Source of the DNA: Candidatus Poseidoniales archaeon
GTDB lineage: Archaea; Thermoplasmatota; Poseidoniia; Poseidoniales; Poseidoniaceae
Assembly: GCA_038116375.1 (NCBI GenBank)
Contig: JAYNUQ010000005.1
Location: forward strand, 14,036 to 78,035
Length of the DNA stretch: 64,000 bases
Reading direction: 5' to 3'
Shown here: positions 30,375 through 43,543 of the stretch, in pieces
Layout of the letters: the number at the start of each line of letters is the position of its first letter
How positions within the stretch are numbered: position 1 is the stretch's first letter
The notes under the pieces: generated by a model
What the model saw: the letters and a program-made list of their open reading frames with translations, nothing else
What the model was told of the DNA's origin: nothing
The model's database searches: none
Translations under genes and position numbers: made by a program

Positions 30375-30770
30375 TCAGCGTTGGGTAGCGATGTCCCAGT
30401 TTGGTGTGCACCAGTCAGGCAGCGCTTGAACGGAGCCTGGGTTGGACAGACCGATTCCCCAGAGCATCAAGAGCACGAAGAGCACAGGGAACAAGGCGGT
30501 GCGGGTGTAGATTCGTGGATCGCCCTTCAAGTGCATGAAGTAAGCAGCGATACCGTAACCCTTGATGACGCCAACACCGATGAGAATGGCCCAGACAGCA
30601 TAGAGCGTGATTTCAATTTCCGTTCCAGGGACGGTCTCAAAGAAGACTGCTGCCACTTCAAACAACGTGAAGAACATCAAGATGATGAAGTTCCAAAAGT
30701 AGATGTCGTAGCTGCCAGGTAGTTTCTCAACGATTGATTCAAAAATTCCAGTTGTTTCATGTTCTCCCAT
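30375..30770 (-). CDS. coxD: Cytochrome c oxidase subunit IV-like protein
   Basis: Three TM helices with FTLFEV and IKG..IAAYFMHLK. Confidence 0.85.
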   Translation of the reverse strand: MGEHETTGIFESIVEKLPGSYDIYFWNFIILMFFTLFEVAAVFFETVPGTEIEITLYAVWAILIGVGVIKGYGIAAYFMHLKGDPRIYTRTALFPVLFVLLMLWGIGLSNPGSVQALPDWCTPNWDIATQR

Positions 30771-30779
30771 AATCTCACC

Positions 30780-32119
30780 TCAATACAGATAGAAGGCTGG
30801 GAAGATGACGACCCACGCCAAGTCAACAAAGTGCCAGTACAGCCCGAAGTATTCGATGCCTTGGCCGTTCTTTTCGTCGTAGCCGACGGTGTCGGCCTTG
30901 AAAATCAAGTACAACATCACGAGCAGGCCGATGAAGACGTGCAGTCCGTGAGCGCCGGTTGAGATGTAGAAGATGGAACCGGCTTGGGTTCCGATGGTGA
31001 AGCCTTCTGCAACGAGGTGGCTCCACTCAATCAACTTCAGAACGATGAACATCGAACCCAAGAGGAAGGTGGCGATGAGGTAGTTGCGGACCGCACTCTT
31101 CTGGTCGGGCAGGAGTTTGCCCATGAAGCCCGACGGTGCTTCCCAATCCTTGGCCTTCGCCGTCTTGAGGGCCAGCACGATGGTGTAGGACGAAATGATG
31201 AGGGCGAAGGTGTTGATGGCACCTGGCAAGAGCGTCATGAAGTCGCCTTGGCCGCCAAGGCCATCGAGCACAGCGCCGTTGGGTCGAAGGAAGTCCGATG
31301 CCGTGAGCATGTTGACTTCCTCACAATTACCGGCGTTGACCTGCCATCCCGTACACCATTCGGTGCGCATGCGGAGGTAAGACGAGAAGAAGGTGGCGAA
31401 GACCATGACTTCGGACATGATGAACACCCAGAGACCTGCTTTTCGGATGTGCTGGCCTTCGAACGGGTCGGAGGTTGCGATCTGCTCGTGATTGCCGATG
31501 AAGGGCAGGTCTTCACGCCACCAGTTGGCGACGCCAGCCGTTACGATGACCAACCCGAGCATGCTCAAACCAAGGTCGCCCAGATTGGCTTCAACGCCAG
31601 AGAGCATGTTGCCTAAGGCGCCTTGGAAGGAGGGGAAGCCCATCAGGAAAAGCATGATACCCAACGAGAAGACAATGGGTGAGCCCGAGCCGTGATGTTC
31701 GTGGTCATCTCCGCCGTAGCCGTGGTCGTCATGACCGGCATCATCAGGGAAGACCGAATTGAGGAAGCCACCCAATCCGATGAACGCAGCGTAGGTGATG
31801 CACATCAGCAGAATGGTGATGCCCGCCGTTCGGTAGGTCAGGTAGGAGAGGTGCGCCTCGATTTCGAGATGGTGTTTCTCTTCCTTGTCCTCCTTGAGCG
31901 CCTTGATTTCATCCTCGCTGGCGCCGTTGGCCTTGGCGTCCTCATAGGCATACTTCGCATCCTCGTATTCGAGAATAGCGTCTTCGTAAGCGTGGTGCTT
32001 GACGTTGGCGACGCCCACGCCCAGAGCGGCAAAGGAAATCAGGCCGATGGTGAGGAACACGCCGCCGATAAGCACGGCGCGCATCCAAATGCTGTTCTCA
32101 ACATGAGCTTCTCCCCCGC

Positions 32120-32123
<4 letters not shown>
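30780..32123 (-). CDS. coxC: Cytochrome c oxidase subunit III with N-terminal extension
   Basis: GLWVFIMSEVMVFATFF, NTFALIISS, TGAHGLHV, GLYWHFVD. ATG 32123 overlaps the coxA stop (ATGA). Confidence 0.93.
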
Positions 32124-34440
<2,317 letters not shown>

Positions 34441-34441
<1 letters not shown>

Positions 34442-35424
34442 CAGTACGCACCTCCAGCAGGTGGCGACTCGCCACTCTTCTTGACGCCGGTGTCAACCGA
34501 ACAATCGGTGCCTTCAGCGGCGACGATCTTGACTTGTCCAATCATCATGGAGTGCTGGTTGCCGCAGTACTCTGCACATCGAATGGGGAAGGTGCCCGGG
34601 TCGTCAGCGGTGATGGTCATGTAGGTCCCGCCTTCGATGCCGGGAACCAGGTCTTCCTTCACGCCCCACTCGGGCAGCCAGAAGGAGTGCTGCACGCCGA
34701 TGTAGTTGGGGTTGGAGTCATCGGAAGGTTGCGAATGCATCTCGAACACCACGGCTTCATCACAAGGCAAAATCATGTCTTCGCCAAGCGCTGATGAGAA
34801 CACATGCTGTCGTGGGATGTGCATCCATGTGTGGAGCACGTTGCCGTCAGCATCGCTGACTTCAACCATGGAATGCTGGTAGGGGTCAAAGGTGACCGAA
34901 GCCGAAGCATCGCCCGTCAACTGGTCGATGGTGACGGGGTCAAGGGTGTCCGCACCTTTGGTGATGGAAACGTTGGCTGCCAAACCGGGTGTGCTGGAAA
35001 CGGTCAACGCCGTGCCACTCCAATCAACGTCAATGCCAGAGACGGCAGGATCGTCTTCCCACGTGAGGGCGTCCTTGTATTCGTACTCCCAGAACCACTG
35101 CTTTCCGATGATCTTCATGTCGTGTGCGTCCTCATCGGCTGGAATGACCCAGACGGCGGTGTTGGAAGACAAAGCGAGCACAACGAGCCATGCAACGATG
35201 ACCGTTGGCAAGACGTAGAAGAACACCTCCAGTGTGGTGTGGTGGCGGTCAACCGGGAACGAGCCGACTTCAATATGGTCAATATGGGTCGTATCGGGTT
35301 CAACACCGTCGCGGTAGCGAATCATGGCCAAGAACATCCAGCCAAAGGTGAAGATTCCAACCAAAATGGACCAAAACATGAACTTATCATAGAGAACAGC
35401 GAATACCGTATCTTCTGCTACCAT
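34441..35424 (-). CDS. coxB: Cytochrome c oxidase subunit II (CuA)
   Basis: Two TM helices, GKQWFWEY, QHSFW, CAEYCGNQHSMM. Confidence 0.96.
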
Positions 35425-35638
35425 GCAACCACCCTGTTTAACCGGCCGTGTAGCCCCTCCTTAAGCGTTGCTTGATGGGGGTTAGAACGACGAATTATTT
35501 TGAAGGCCACATGGCGGGCCAGTCTGCGTTTTTTTCGCGATTTTTTCGTGCTGAAATTGAACGGTTTGGCGACCATTTCATGCCTCAGTTTTTCCATCCA
35601 TGCGATGCTACTTGAACCCCCCGCGGCGATGGTAATTT

Positions 35639-35962
35639 ATGGGCCCCATTTCCTGTCTTACCTCCACCTTGGACGGTTCGGTGGTGATGGACATTGAAGT
35701 CACGCCCGCCTCAAAGGTTCAAGGCATCACGGGATTCAATGCGTGGCGGAACCGCTTGTCCATTGCCGTTGCCGCCGAAGCCAAGCAGGGTCAGGCCAAC
35801 CAAGCCGTTGTGCATGTCCTTTCCGTTCAACTCTCCGTCGAAAAGCAGGCCATCAGCATCGTTTCAGGTCATCGCTCAAGATTGAAATCGGTCCGTGTTG
35901 AACACATCTCCGTGGAGCACCTAGCCAAGCGCATCGCTGAACGCCTCGAGGTGGAACCATGA
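35639..35962 (+). CDS. DUF167 (UPF0235/YggU) family protein
   Basis: IEVTPAS, L.IAV.A....GQAN, I.IVSGHRSR.K. Confidence 0.85.
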   Translation: MGPISCLTSTLDGSVVMDIEVTPASKVQGITGFNAWRNRLSIAVAAEAKQGQANQAVVHVLSVQLSVEKQAISIVSGHRSRLKSVRVEHISVEHLAKRIAERLEVEP

Positions 35963-36438
35963 GTACGGATTCGTACCACGGCCCCAGTCGAGGCTCGTCC
36001 AATGCCGAGGAACGCTGGCACAAGGCCGCTCAGGCCATGGCCCATGCTCGCCAACGAAACAGGGAGGCGGGTGCAACCCTCTTCGTTGAAGGTCGACGAG
36101 ACCGGATAGCGCTCGAAGCCTACGGATTCGTCGGCCCTGTTGAGGTGTTAAACCGAGGCTGGCCCGTCGACGATGTCCTTGTTCACCTGGTCGAAACCTA
36201 CGGCAGGCGCAGTGAGGTTGACCGAGGACCAAGCATCATCGTGTTGATGGATTGGGACCGCACAGGAGGCCGTCTGCAGTCCACCATCCGTCGAAATTTG
36301 GAATCACTTGACGTTCGTTTTGATGAGGATTTGCGCATGACCCTCATGCGATGCCTCAAGCCCGAGACTCGCGTTGTTGAGGGTCTTTCTGGTCTCGTGG
36401 ATGCTTTGGCACCGTTGGTCGACATGTACGACGATTGA
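35959..36438 (+). CDS. Small TOPRIM-domain protein (RNase M5-like)
   Basis: FVEGRRD..AL, IVLMDWDRTG, VEGL. Confidence 0.85.
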   Translation: MSTDSYHGPSRGSSNAEERWHKAAQAMAHARQRNREAGATLFVEGRRDRIALEAYGFVGPVEVLNRGWPVDDVLVHLVETYGRRSEVDRGPSIIVLMDWDRTGGRLQSTIRRNLESLDVRFDEDLRMTLMRCLKPETRVVEGLSGLVDALAPLVDMYDD

Positions 36439-36439
36439 T

Positions 36440-36895
36440 TCATGCATCGGTGGGGGCAGGAAAAGCATCTTCCTTGACCGTGTTCAACACCACGTGGGTG
36501 TACGAGCGCGAAACACCGTCCAACGTAAAGACCGTTTTCGTGAGGTTGTCCAAATCAGCGCGGTCTTTCACCCTCGCCAGTACGATGGAATCCCAGTCCC
36601 CGGTTACGTCGTATACGGCAAAAACGCGCGGGTCGGCCGCTATTTTTTGTTGAACGTCGATCATGCGACCTTTCTGAATACGCAGGCCAGCCATGATGGT
36701 CATGCTCCAACCCACTTCCCCCGCATTGAGCGCCACCCGGTAACCCTCAATCACGCCTTCGTGCTCGAGCCGTCGAACGCGGTTGGTCACGGTACCTTGA
36801 GCGATCCCCAATTCCCGCGCAAGTTGGCGATGACTCATGCGAGCATCCTCGCTCAGGAGGTGGAGCAGGGCTCGGTCCGTATCGTCGAGGTTCAT
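36440..36895 (-). CDS. Lrp/AsnC family transcriptional regulator
   Basis: LDDTDRALL..L.EDAR.S...LA, VYDVTGDWD. Confidence 0.95.
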   Translation of the reverse strand: MNLDDTDRALLHLLSEDARMSHRQLARELGIAQGTVTNRVRRLEHEGVIEGYRVALNAGEVGWSMTIMAGLRIQKGRMIDVQQKIAADPRVFAVYDVTGDWDSIVLARVKDRADLDNLTKTVFTLDGVSRSYTHVVLNTVKEDAFPAPTDA

Positions 36896-36928
36896 ACCGA
36901 CGGGTAAGGCGTGCCTCTCTTCAATCCT

Positions 36929-38077
36929 TCACTCCTCTTCCTTTCCCGTCGATGTCGATTTTGTCGTCGAGGGCGATTGAAGCCAGAGGTGTTGTTTCCA
37001 TGCTCCATAATCTTCGATTTCAATGGCCACCTCAATGTGGCAGTCGGCCCTCATTGGCTCTCGAAACTCAACCGTGATGGATTTTGATTCATCCGTCGAG
37101 AGCTTGAGTTTTGGAGGTCGTCCTTTGAAGCGCCAAGGGGGAGCGACACTCCATGTTGTGATTCTGAATCCATAAACGCCTGCGTTCAGCGTAATGTTGG
37201 CGGCTGCTGATGCGTCGTTTGACCACGTTGCGTGCAGCCGAGGAATGGCACCCTCTCGCTGACGAACAGCAACCACGATCGAAACAAGGACCACTGCGGT
37301 GATGGCCGATAACAACAACGGCGTCCATGTTTGACCCGACGTTGTGTGCATGGAAGGGGCGGGGAGGTCTCCGTGAGCCAAGGCCAACAGGCGACCTGGG
37401 GCGTCGTTGTTCGCCTCACTTCCAAAAACGGCAACCGTGTAGGACCAACCCGTGGGGACCTCAGCGAGGTTGACGCCAGCCGCCTCCAAATGGTCTGTTG
37501 GGAGAATGGAGACCGTAGACGTGGGGGTGTTCGCTTTGACCGAGAACCCCACCTCTGGACGCATTTCTCGAACGAGATGCTCCACTTGCCTGCGGTGGTC
37601 GTCTTCTGCGACGTTTTCAGTCAGGACCACGTAGAGGATGGTGTGATTGCTGAGGTTGACCAGAGGCGTGATGGTGAGGTCAAAGGCCACCATGCGAATT
37701 CGGTCCTCGGCGGAAACCACCCTGACCTTTCCACCGACGTCAATCGTTTGCTCATCGGACAGAACGTGTGTTTCAATCACCGCATTCGACGAGGAAGCGT
37801 TGAGGGAGACGTTTCGGTTTGTTGCCCTGTACAAGGCATCATCATCAGGCCACGACGAGTCGGTTTCTGCGCTCCACGACCACCATGTCCATTGCACATA
37901 CCCCTCCGGTGAAGCAGGGACTTCCGCAAGGTCCATCGGAGCGTAGATCTCCTGCAACCCTTCGGCAACATCCGTTGAAATCTCGGCGTGGGCGTGAATG
38001 GCCCATGCCTCGTCTTCGGCTGCGAGGGCGGGCGAGAGAAACAGCAGCAAAATGAACGAGACCACGACAAGCCGCAC
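36929..38077 (-). CDS. Hypothetical secreted/membrane-anchored protein
   Basis: Signal peptide, internal TM helix, LYVVLTEN beta-sandwich-like segment. Confidence 0.7.
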   Translation of the reverse strand: MRLVVVSFILLLFLSPALAAEDEAWAIHAHAEISTDVAEGLQEIYAPMDLAEVPASPEGYVQWTWWSWSAETDSSWPDDDALYRATNRNVSLNASSSNAVIETHVLSDEQTIDVGGKVRVVSAEDRIRMVAFDLTITPLVNLSNHTILYVVLTENVAEDDHRRQVEHLVREMRPEVGFSVKANTPTSTVSILPTDHLEAAGVNLAEVPTGWSYTVAVFGSEANNDAPGRLLALAHGDLPAPSMHTTSGQTWTPLLLSAITAVVLVSIVVAVRQREGAIPRLHATWSNDASAAANITLNAGVYGFRITTWSVAPPWRFKGRPPKLKLSTDESKSITVEFREPMRADCHIEVAIEIEDYGAWKQHLWLQSPSTTKSTSTGKEEE

Positions 38078-38080
38078 GAT

Positions 38081-39841
38081 TCATTCCTCCTCGTCCCGCC
38101 ACGGCAGGCCCAATTTATGCCGAAGGATGTTCTGCTCGTTGGTGTCGATCATCAACGTGATGCGGGCCCCCACCCATACCGAAATGGTTTCTTCACCCCA
38201 CGGAAGTGTGCTGCGGAGCAGAAATGCTCCGGATGGTGGGCGGGGGGCTCCGGTCTCCTCACAGAAGGCTTCCACCAAAGGGGCCCACCCCCTGAGCAAT
38301 TGAACGAAGACGTCCTCACCAACCTCCATGAGATTTTGAGTGAACCGGTCACCGTAGGCGTAGAGCGCCTCCTGTCGAGACCGCCAAGAGTCTTTCTTCA
38401 GCGTAAATGCTGGCAGTCCAACGTGGGCTACACGCATTGGGTGAAAGGAGAACCCCCCCCAGACATCGCCTTTGTTGGTCGGCGCCTCGGGCTTGAAAAG
38501 GCGTTCATACACCATCGGTGGTGCGAGGTTGAGCCGTTTTCCACGCTGCCAAAGCGAAAAGGAATCCAGGGGCATGCCGTACATGGTTTCCAAATGCGTC
38601 ACGACACGGTCTTCGGCCAGCACCACGGAGTTAGCGGTCGGTTTGGGCGGGGTTTTCACCGTCGGCGTCCACCCTTCCGCTTTGCGAAGCGCTCGTCGTG
38701 AGCGGAAGGCGTGTGCTGCACCCTCTCCCGATATCGCCTCTTTGTGCTGGAATTGTGCGACAAAGAACCCTCCCGTATTGTTGTCATCGTGCCACAGACG
38801 CATGCATTTTGGCAAGTGTTCGAGGATGGCCCGTTCAACCTCTTCTTCTCCCCAGCCCCGGTCAATTCGAGCCTCAGGCGAGAGGTGGGCGCGGTCAAAA
38901 AACGGAAGCGATTCGACGGCATCTCCCTCAACCGCATCGCCTTCTTCATCCAGGACAGGCCACTGCGTGAGGCCAGGGTGTAAGGTGAGGTTGTCAAGGT
39001 TCATGGAGACCAATTCAAGGTAGGGGCAGCGCCGCAGAACTTCCGCCACCACCGCTTCGTTTTCGGTCGGGTCCACACTGCATGTAGAATACATCAAGCG
39101 GCCACCAGGGACGAGAAGGGAAGCGCCACGAGCAGTGATGTCAACCTGCATCTTGAACATGCGTCGACTTTCCTTTGGCGTCCAATCCCACCACACATCT
39201 CGATTTTTTCGGGTTGTTGCCGTGCCCGTGCAGGGAACATCCGCCACCACGACGTCAAATCCAGGAGGCGGAAGGCGCGCAAAATGCCGACCGTCGTGTT
39301 GGGTTACGACGATGTTGGCCAGACCCAAGCGACTTCGATTGCTGACCAACATGTTGAGTCGACCCGAAACGGGTTCGTTGGCGACCACGACGCCGTGTGG
39401 ATGGAGCAATTCCCCGAGGTGCGTCGTTTTTGACCCGGGCGCAGCGCACATGTCCAATGCCAAACTTTCGGTCGAAGGAGGCAACAGTCGAACGGGAAGC
39501 ATGCTGGCGGCTTCTTGCCGAGTGATGCGGCCTGTTTCATGAAGCAGCGCCATCATGCGTTGTGCCAAACCTTCAGGGGCACGTCCACGATGAAAGGGCA
39601 TGGTGAATGCGGTGTCCTCGGGCATCCAGGGTAGGGCTACGGCTCCCAAGGCCTTGACCTGGTCCACCGTCCACTGGCGATCGCTGCGATGAAGTGAAAT
39701 TCGAAAGGTCTCAGGGAGGGGCTCGAGCGCTCGTTCAAGCCACGCCTCAACGTTTCTTCCCAAATGACGAACCAACGCTGTCAGCGAAGATTGTTCGGCG
39801 TAGGCGCGCCGCTCGTCCTCTGCATCGGTTGGCCCTCGCAC
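38081..39841 (-). CDS. RsmB/NOP2/NSUN family RNA m5C methyltransferase
   Basis: RQEAASMLP, LDMCAAPGSKT, DVPCTG, YSTCS, TGGFFVA. Confidence 0.93.
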   Translation of the reverse strand: MRGPTDAEDERRAYAEQSSLTALVRHLGRNVEAWLERALEPLPETFRISLHRSDRQWTVDQVKALGAVALPWMPEDTAFTMPFHRGRAPEGLAQRMMALLHETGRITRQEAASMLPVRLLPPSTESLALDMCAAPGSKTTHLGELLHPHGVVVANEPVSGRLNMLVSNRSRLGLANIVVTQHDGRHFARLPPPGFDVVVADVPCTGTATTRKNRDVWWDWTPKESRRMFKMQVDITARGASLLVPGGRLMYSTCSVDPTENEAVVAEVLRRCPYLELVSMNLDNLTLHPGLTQWPVLDEEGDAVEGDAVESLPFFDRAHLSPEARIDRGWGEEEVERAILEHLPKCMRLWHDDNNTGGFFVAQFQHKEAISGEGAAHAFRSRRALRKAEGWTPTVKTPPKPTANSVVLAEDRVVTHLETMYGMPLDSFSLWQRGKRLNLAPPMVYERLFKPEAPTNKGDVWGGFSFHPMRVAHVGLPAFTLKKDSWRSRQEALYAYGDRFTQNLMEVGEDVFVQLLRGWAPLVEAFCEETGAPRPPSGAFLLRSTLPWGEETISVWVGARITLMIDTNEQNILRHKLGLPWRDEEE

Positions 39842-39912
39842 AAATCCTGCTCGAGCGTCTCGTCCTTTGGTCTTCCGCCATCATCAAAAGGTGCCACCGA
39901 TTCATTCGCTTC

Positions 39913-41256
39913 ATGCTGGCTGCAACCGTCTCGTGGTACCTGCCAGCCCTCTTCCTTTCCTGTCTTGCTTGGGGATTTGCGTTTTCGTTCCATGGCGCTC
40001 TTCAACACCGTCGTGTCGTGCATGGACTCTACCTTTGGACGCCACCCGTATTGGTGGCGGGTTTGTTGGCCTCGAGAGCCGTTGACGTGTTCACCCTCGA
40101 CGTCACGCACCCAGAAGTGGCGTTCGTTTTTGCTGGCCAAGCGACCATCGGCGAACAACTGCGGTTGTTGTTCACTGGCCAAGGTGCGTTGGAGGGAGCC
40201 CTGTTGTCCCTGATGGTCTTCTCATTGTTTGCACCACGTTTGCCCAGTTTGCGCGGTTGTTCGGTAGCGACCTCGGCCTTTGTTCAATCAAGAATGATGA
40301 CCCACAGCGGCTGGTGGGCGTTGATGTTGCTGATGTTTCTCTTTCAACAGGAGGTGTACACGGTGGCTGAAACGCTCCCCTCCTCACCTACCGTGGCCCT
40401 TTCTGGGTGGAATGTTTTCGTTGCCATCGCCGTGTTTACGCTCCTGCTCATGATGTCGGGCGAGATGCTCACGGCCTCCGCCCATATCGCCTCCAGCGGT
40501 GAAACATCGGTGTTGTTCAAGCGGGCCGTCATGAAGACGGTGGTGGCCGGTGCGGTCGCTTGGTGGTTGTTGTTTCAAACAGCGATGTTCACCGAGGCGT
40601 GGTGGGACAGGCCGACTTCCGATGCCCGCCTCGCAGTTGGGATCCTGATTGCTGTGTACGCCACCTGGACCGCACTTGTTCATGGGTTTTCGACGGTGGC
40701 AGAAGGCCTCCAAGCTCCTTCATCCAGCCAAGCCAAATCCTTGGCGTGGTGTGCGGGCCTGACCGCCGCAGTGTGTTTGCTGTTGACAGGAAGCACGGCT
40801 GATGCGGTTCACACCTACGGAAACGGTCTTGACGCGTTCCTTGTGGGTTGGCGATGGACGGCCGTGTTGATGTTTTTTGCAGCGGCAGCCATGATGTTGC
40901 CAACCGTTGGCTTTGATGCAGCCCATCACCCCGAAGCGTGGTGGTTTCGCTCAGCGCTGGTGATGGTTGTTCCGTTGGGTGTGCTGGCCTCCGATGGCGC
41001 ATGGCTCTTGCTCCCAGGTGTGTTGATGGCTGGAGCATCCTACCCGCTTGTGTATGCCGTCCTCATCAGCCGTTCACCCCCGCATCGCCAACCGCTGCTT
41101 TTGGTGGCTGGGATGGTGTGGTCGCTTGGTGTTGGGGTCTCATTTATGACAGCGGCACCGGAAAGAACCTTGATGCTCTCACTTGCGACGTTGGTCGTTG
41201 TATCGATGTTGTGCGCGTTGTGGTTGCGAAGTGACGTTCAAACGCCGGTGGCATAA
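39913..41256 (+). CDS. Hypothetical polytopic membrane protein
   Basis: Roughly 13-14 hydrophobic segments; start trimmed to ATG 39913. Confidence 0.7.
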   Translation: MLAATVSWYLPALFLSCLAWGFAFSFHGALQHRRVVHGLYLWTPPVLVAGLLASRAVDVFTLDVTHPEVAFVFAGQATIGEQLRLLFTGQGALEGALLSLMVFSLFAPRLPSLRGCSVATSAFVQSRMMTHSGWWALMLLMFLFQQEVYTVAETLPSSPTVALSGWNVFVAIAVFTLLLMMSGEMLTASAHIASSGETSVLFKRAVMKTVVAGAVAWWLLFQTAMFTEAWWDRPTSDARLAVGILIAVYATWTALVHGFSTVAEGLQAPSSSQAKSLAWCAGLTAAVCLLLTGSTADAVHTYGNGLDAFLVGWRWTAVLMFFAAAAMMLPTVGFDAAHHPEAWWFRSALVMVVPLGVLASDGAWLLLPGVLMAGASYPLVYAVLISRSPPHRQPLLLVAGMVWSLGVGVSFMTAAPERTLMLSLATLVVVSMLCALWLRSDVQTPVA

Positions 41257-41348
41257 ACGGCATCAAGGGCTTCACTTGTGTCGCGCTTCTTATTAGTGCA
41301 TTGAGGAAGGGGCAAGTGGAATCTTCGGATTTCAGGGATGGGACCCAC

Positions 41349-41705
41349 ATGGCACGAGCCTTCCGCGCAGGCGTTGAACCGACACGAAAACTACGCATAC
41401 CGATTCGTCAACGGTTGTGGCAACCGGTACGAGATCTTGCTTCACTCACTTCGCGAGCTCAACGCATCGGTCAACAGATGGGTCCTCTGACAGAAGTTCC
41501 CGCACTTGTGCGTATCGAAAACGAACACTGGATTTTTGAGCGGATTGAAGCCTCAACCCTTCAGGACCTGACGCATCGTTTGGTCCTTCAGACCACCGAG
41601 GGTGAGGAGGTGCTGGGCGTCACCGAGGATTTCTCGACGGCGCTGGAAGTTGCACGTTGCATGGCTGAAAACGACCAGAAGGTCGTGTTGATTCAGGCGC
41701 TCTGA
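41349..41705 (+). CDS. Hypothetical protein
   Basis: ORF fills the gap and converges tightly on the Sec61beta gene. Confidence 0.65.
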   Translation: MARAFRAGVEPTRKLRIPIRQRLWQPVRDLASLTSRAQRIGQQMGPLTEVPALVRIENEHWIFERIEASTLQDLTHRLVLQTTEGEEVLGVTEDFSTALEVARCMAENDQKVVLIQAL

Positions 41706-41707
41706 TT

Positions 41708-41899
41708 TCAGAACAGGTTCCAGATGGCTTGGACCACACCTTGATTCACGAGGTAGAAGAAGCCACCGAGGGCGATGCATGCGAGGTACACCTGCGCAGG
41801 GGTAATCTTCCACGAGTCTTCAGATTCCTCATCGAAATATCGAATCAAACCGGCGGCTTGCTGGATGCCGCTGCCGTCGTTTTTCTTCTTCGTTGCCAT
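41708..41899 (-). CDS. secG: Preprotein translocase subunit Sec61beta
   Basis: AAGLIRYFDEE...KITP followed by one TM helix. Confidence 0.92.
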   Translation of the reverse strand: MATKKKNDGSGIQQAAGLIRYFDEESEDSWKITPAQVYLACIALGGFFYLVNQGVVQAIWNLF

Positions 41900-41949
41900 G
41901 TGGACCGTTCTTGGCCAGCGACCTCCCCCTTATGAACGCGACGCGCGGT

Positions 41950-42849
41950 TCATTCTTCTTGGTCAACCGAACCTTCGGTGGATAAGTCAACAAACGGGAC
42001 TTCGTCGGTCTCGGCCATGATCACCATCGCCGATGGGACTGAATTCAGGTTCTGCTCAACCGGTGCAAACACATCCGAACCATCGGAAAAACGGTCAAGC
42101 GGCGCGGGAACCACCGCTGCTTCTGCGTTGGTGTTCAACTGAATCAAACCGGCCTCAAGACGGGCCAAGGCCCGCTCGACACCCGGCGCGTTGTCCTCTG
42201 CCAAGGCACGCTGTGCCATGTGAAGGTCTTCATCGAACAGTGCCTGCCATGTCGCATGGTCAATGTCTTCACCACGATGCTCCAGTTCGTCCTCGCACCG
42301 TGCCCTCATCGCTTCAATGGCTTCATTGAGGGCATCCCGCCCTGCTTCAAACAAAGCTCGCCAAGAGCGTTCATTGTCCTTCAACGTCAGGTCGGAATGA
42401 TGTCGATTCAGCCACCGTTGAGCACCCCGCAGATGGGCCATTTCCCATGGCGACTGACCCAGTGAACTCGTGATGTCAAGCACCAAACGGGCTCGGGAGG
42501 CAAGGGGCCCCTCAAGGGTGATGACATTGAGGTAGCCTGAGGTGAACAAACCCCATCCCCAATACGATCTTGAAGCGATGTTCACGCGGAGGTCTCCGCT
42601 GGATGTCGTCAAGACCCATTGCTGTTCATTGTATCCCGGTGGTTCAAGGAACTCGGGGGTTTCTGGGTGAGGAAGTTGGGAAAGAAGGGCTTTGGCAACA
42701 TCGCCAAGGTAAACCACGTTGCTCGGGCCGTTGAAGTGTCGACCTCTCAACAATTGATGCGCAGTGTCAATCTTGTGGGACGCATCGGCTTCGCGCACTT
42801 GAGCGATGAGCACGGAAACGGAGGCATCGAGTACGGTCTCCATGGGCAA
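41950..42849 (-). CDS. Hypothetical protein
   Basis: 299-aa ORF with a helical, acidic C-terminal half. Confidence 0.7.
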   Translation of the reverse strand: MPMETVLDASVSVLIAQVREADASHKIDTAHQLLRGRHFNGPSNVVYLGDVAKALLSQLPHPETPEFLEPPGYNEQQWVLTTSSGDLRVNIASRSYWGWGLFTSGYLNVITLEGPLASRARLVLDITSSLGQSPWEMAHLRGAQRWLNRHHSDLTLKDNERSWRALFEAGRDALNEAIEAMRARCEDELEHRGEDIDHATWQALFDEDLHMAQRALAEDNAPGVERALARLEAGLIQLNTNAEAAVVPAPLDRFSDGSDVFAPVEQNLNSVPSAMVIMAETDEVPFVDLSTEGSVDQEE

Positions 42850-42996
42850 CCCCTCATGACGATGAGTCCAGCCCCAACGTTGCGCTCATGCTCACGGGAA
42901 GGGCTTGACGCACAAGAATCAACCGCACCTCAACATCGTGATTGGTTAAAGGGAAGGTTCAAGTTGGGTTCTCATCATCGTCAAATCGGTGAAAAG

Positions 42997-43500
42997 ATGG
43001 CAAAGAAAACAAAGAGTTCCCCACTTACCTCGCTTCCCGGTGTTGGTGAAGCGACAGCAAAGAAACTGACCGCTGCAAAATTGGGTACGGTCGCCAAGAT
43101 TGCCAAAGCCAGCGCTGGCGATCTGAAGAAAGCGGGGCTCTCGGTTGCCGTTGCCAAGAAGGTCTTGACGGCTGCCAAAGCAGCCAACAACACCAAGGCT
43201 GCTGCCAAAAAGGCCGGCGAAAAGGCAACCGCTTCCGCCAAGAAAGCGGGAAGCAAGGCCAAGGCCGCAGCCAAGAAAGCAGGGGGTAAAGCCAAATCCT
43301 CGTCGGCCAAAGCCAGCAAGGCCGCCAAGGAAGCAACAGAGAAAGCGGTGGGTAAAGGCCAAAAAGTTGCAGAAAAAGTGGTTGAGAAAACCAAAACGGC
43401 CGGTACATCCCTCAAGACCTCCAAAGACAAGGACCGTAAGGGGACCAACATCAAGGTCCCGAAATCCGTCAAGGACATGCCTTGGTTCAAAAAAGGTTGA
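42997..43500 (+). CDS. Helix-hairpin-helix protein with histone H1-like Lys/Ala-rich tail
   Basis: LTSLPGVGEATAKKL (HhH), AKKAG repeats, GGTGA Shine-Dalgarno sequence before ATG 42997. Confidence 0.85.
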   Translation: MAKKTKSSPLTSLPGVGEATAKKLTAAKLGTVAKIAKASAGDLKKAGLSVAVAKKVLTAAKAANNTKAAAKKAGEKATASAKKAGSKAKAAAKKAGGKAKSSSAKASKAAKEATEKAVGKGQKVAEKVVEKTKTAGTSLKTSKDKDRKGTNIKVPKSVKDMPWFKKG

Positions 43501-43543
43501 AATCGCCGCTATCTTTGAAGGCCGCCTTCCCTGAAGGGTTGAC

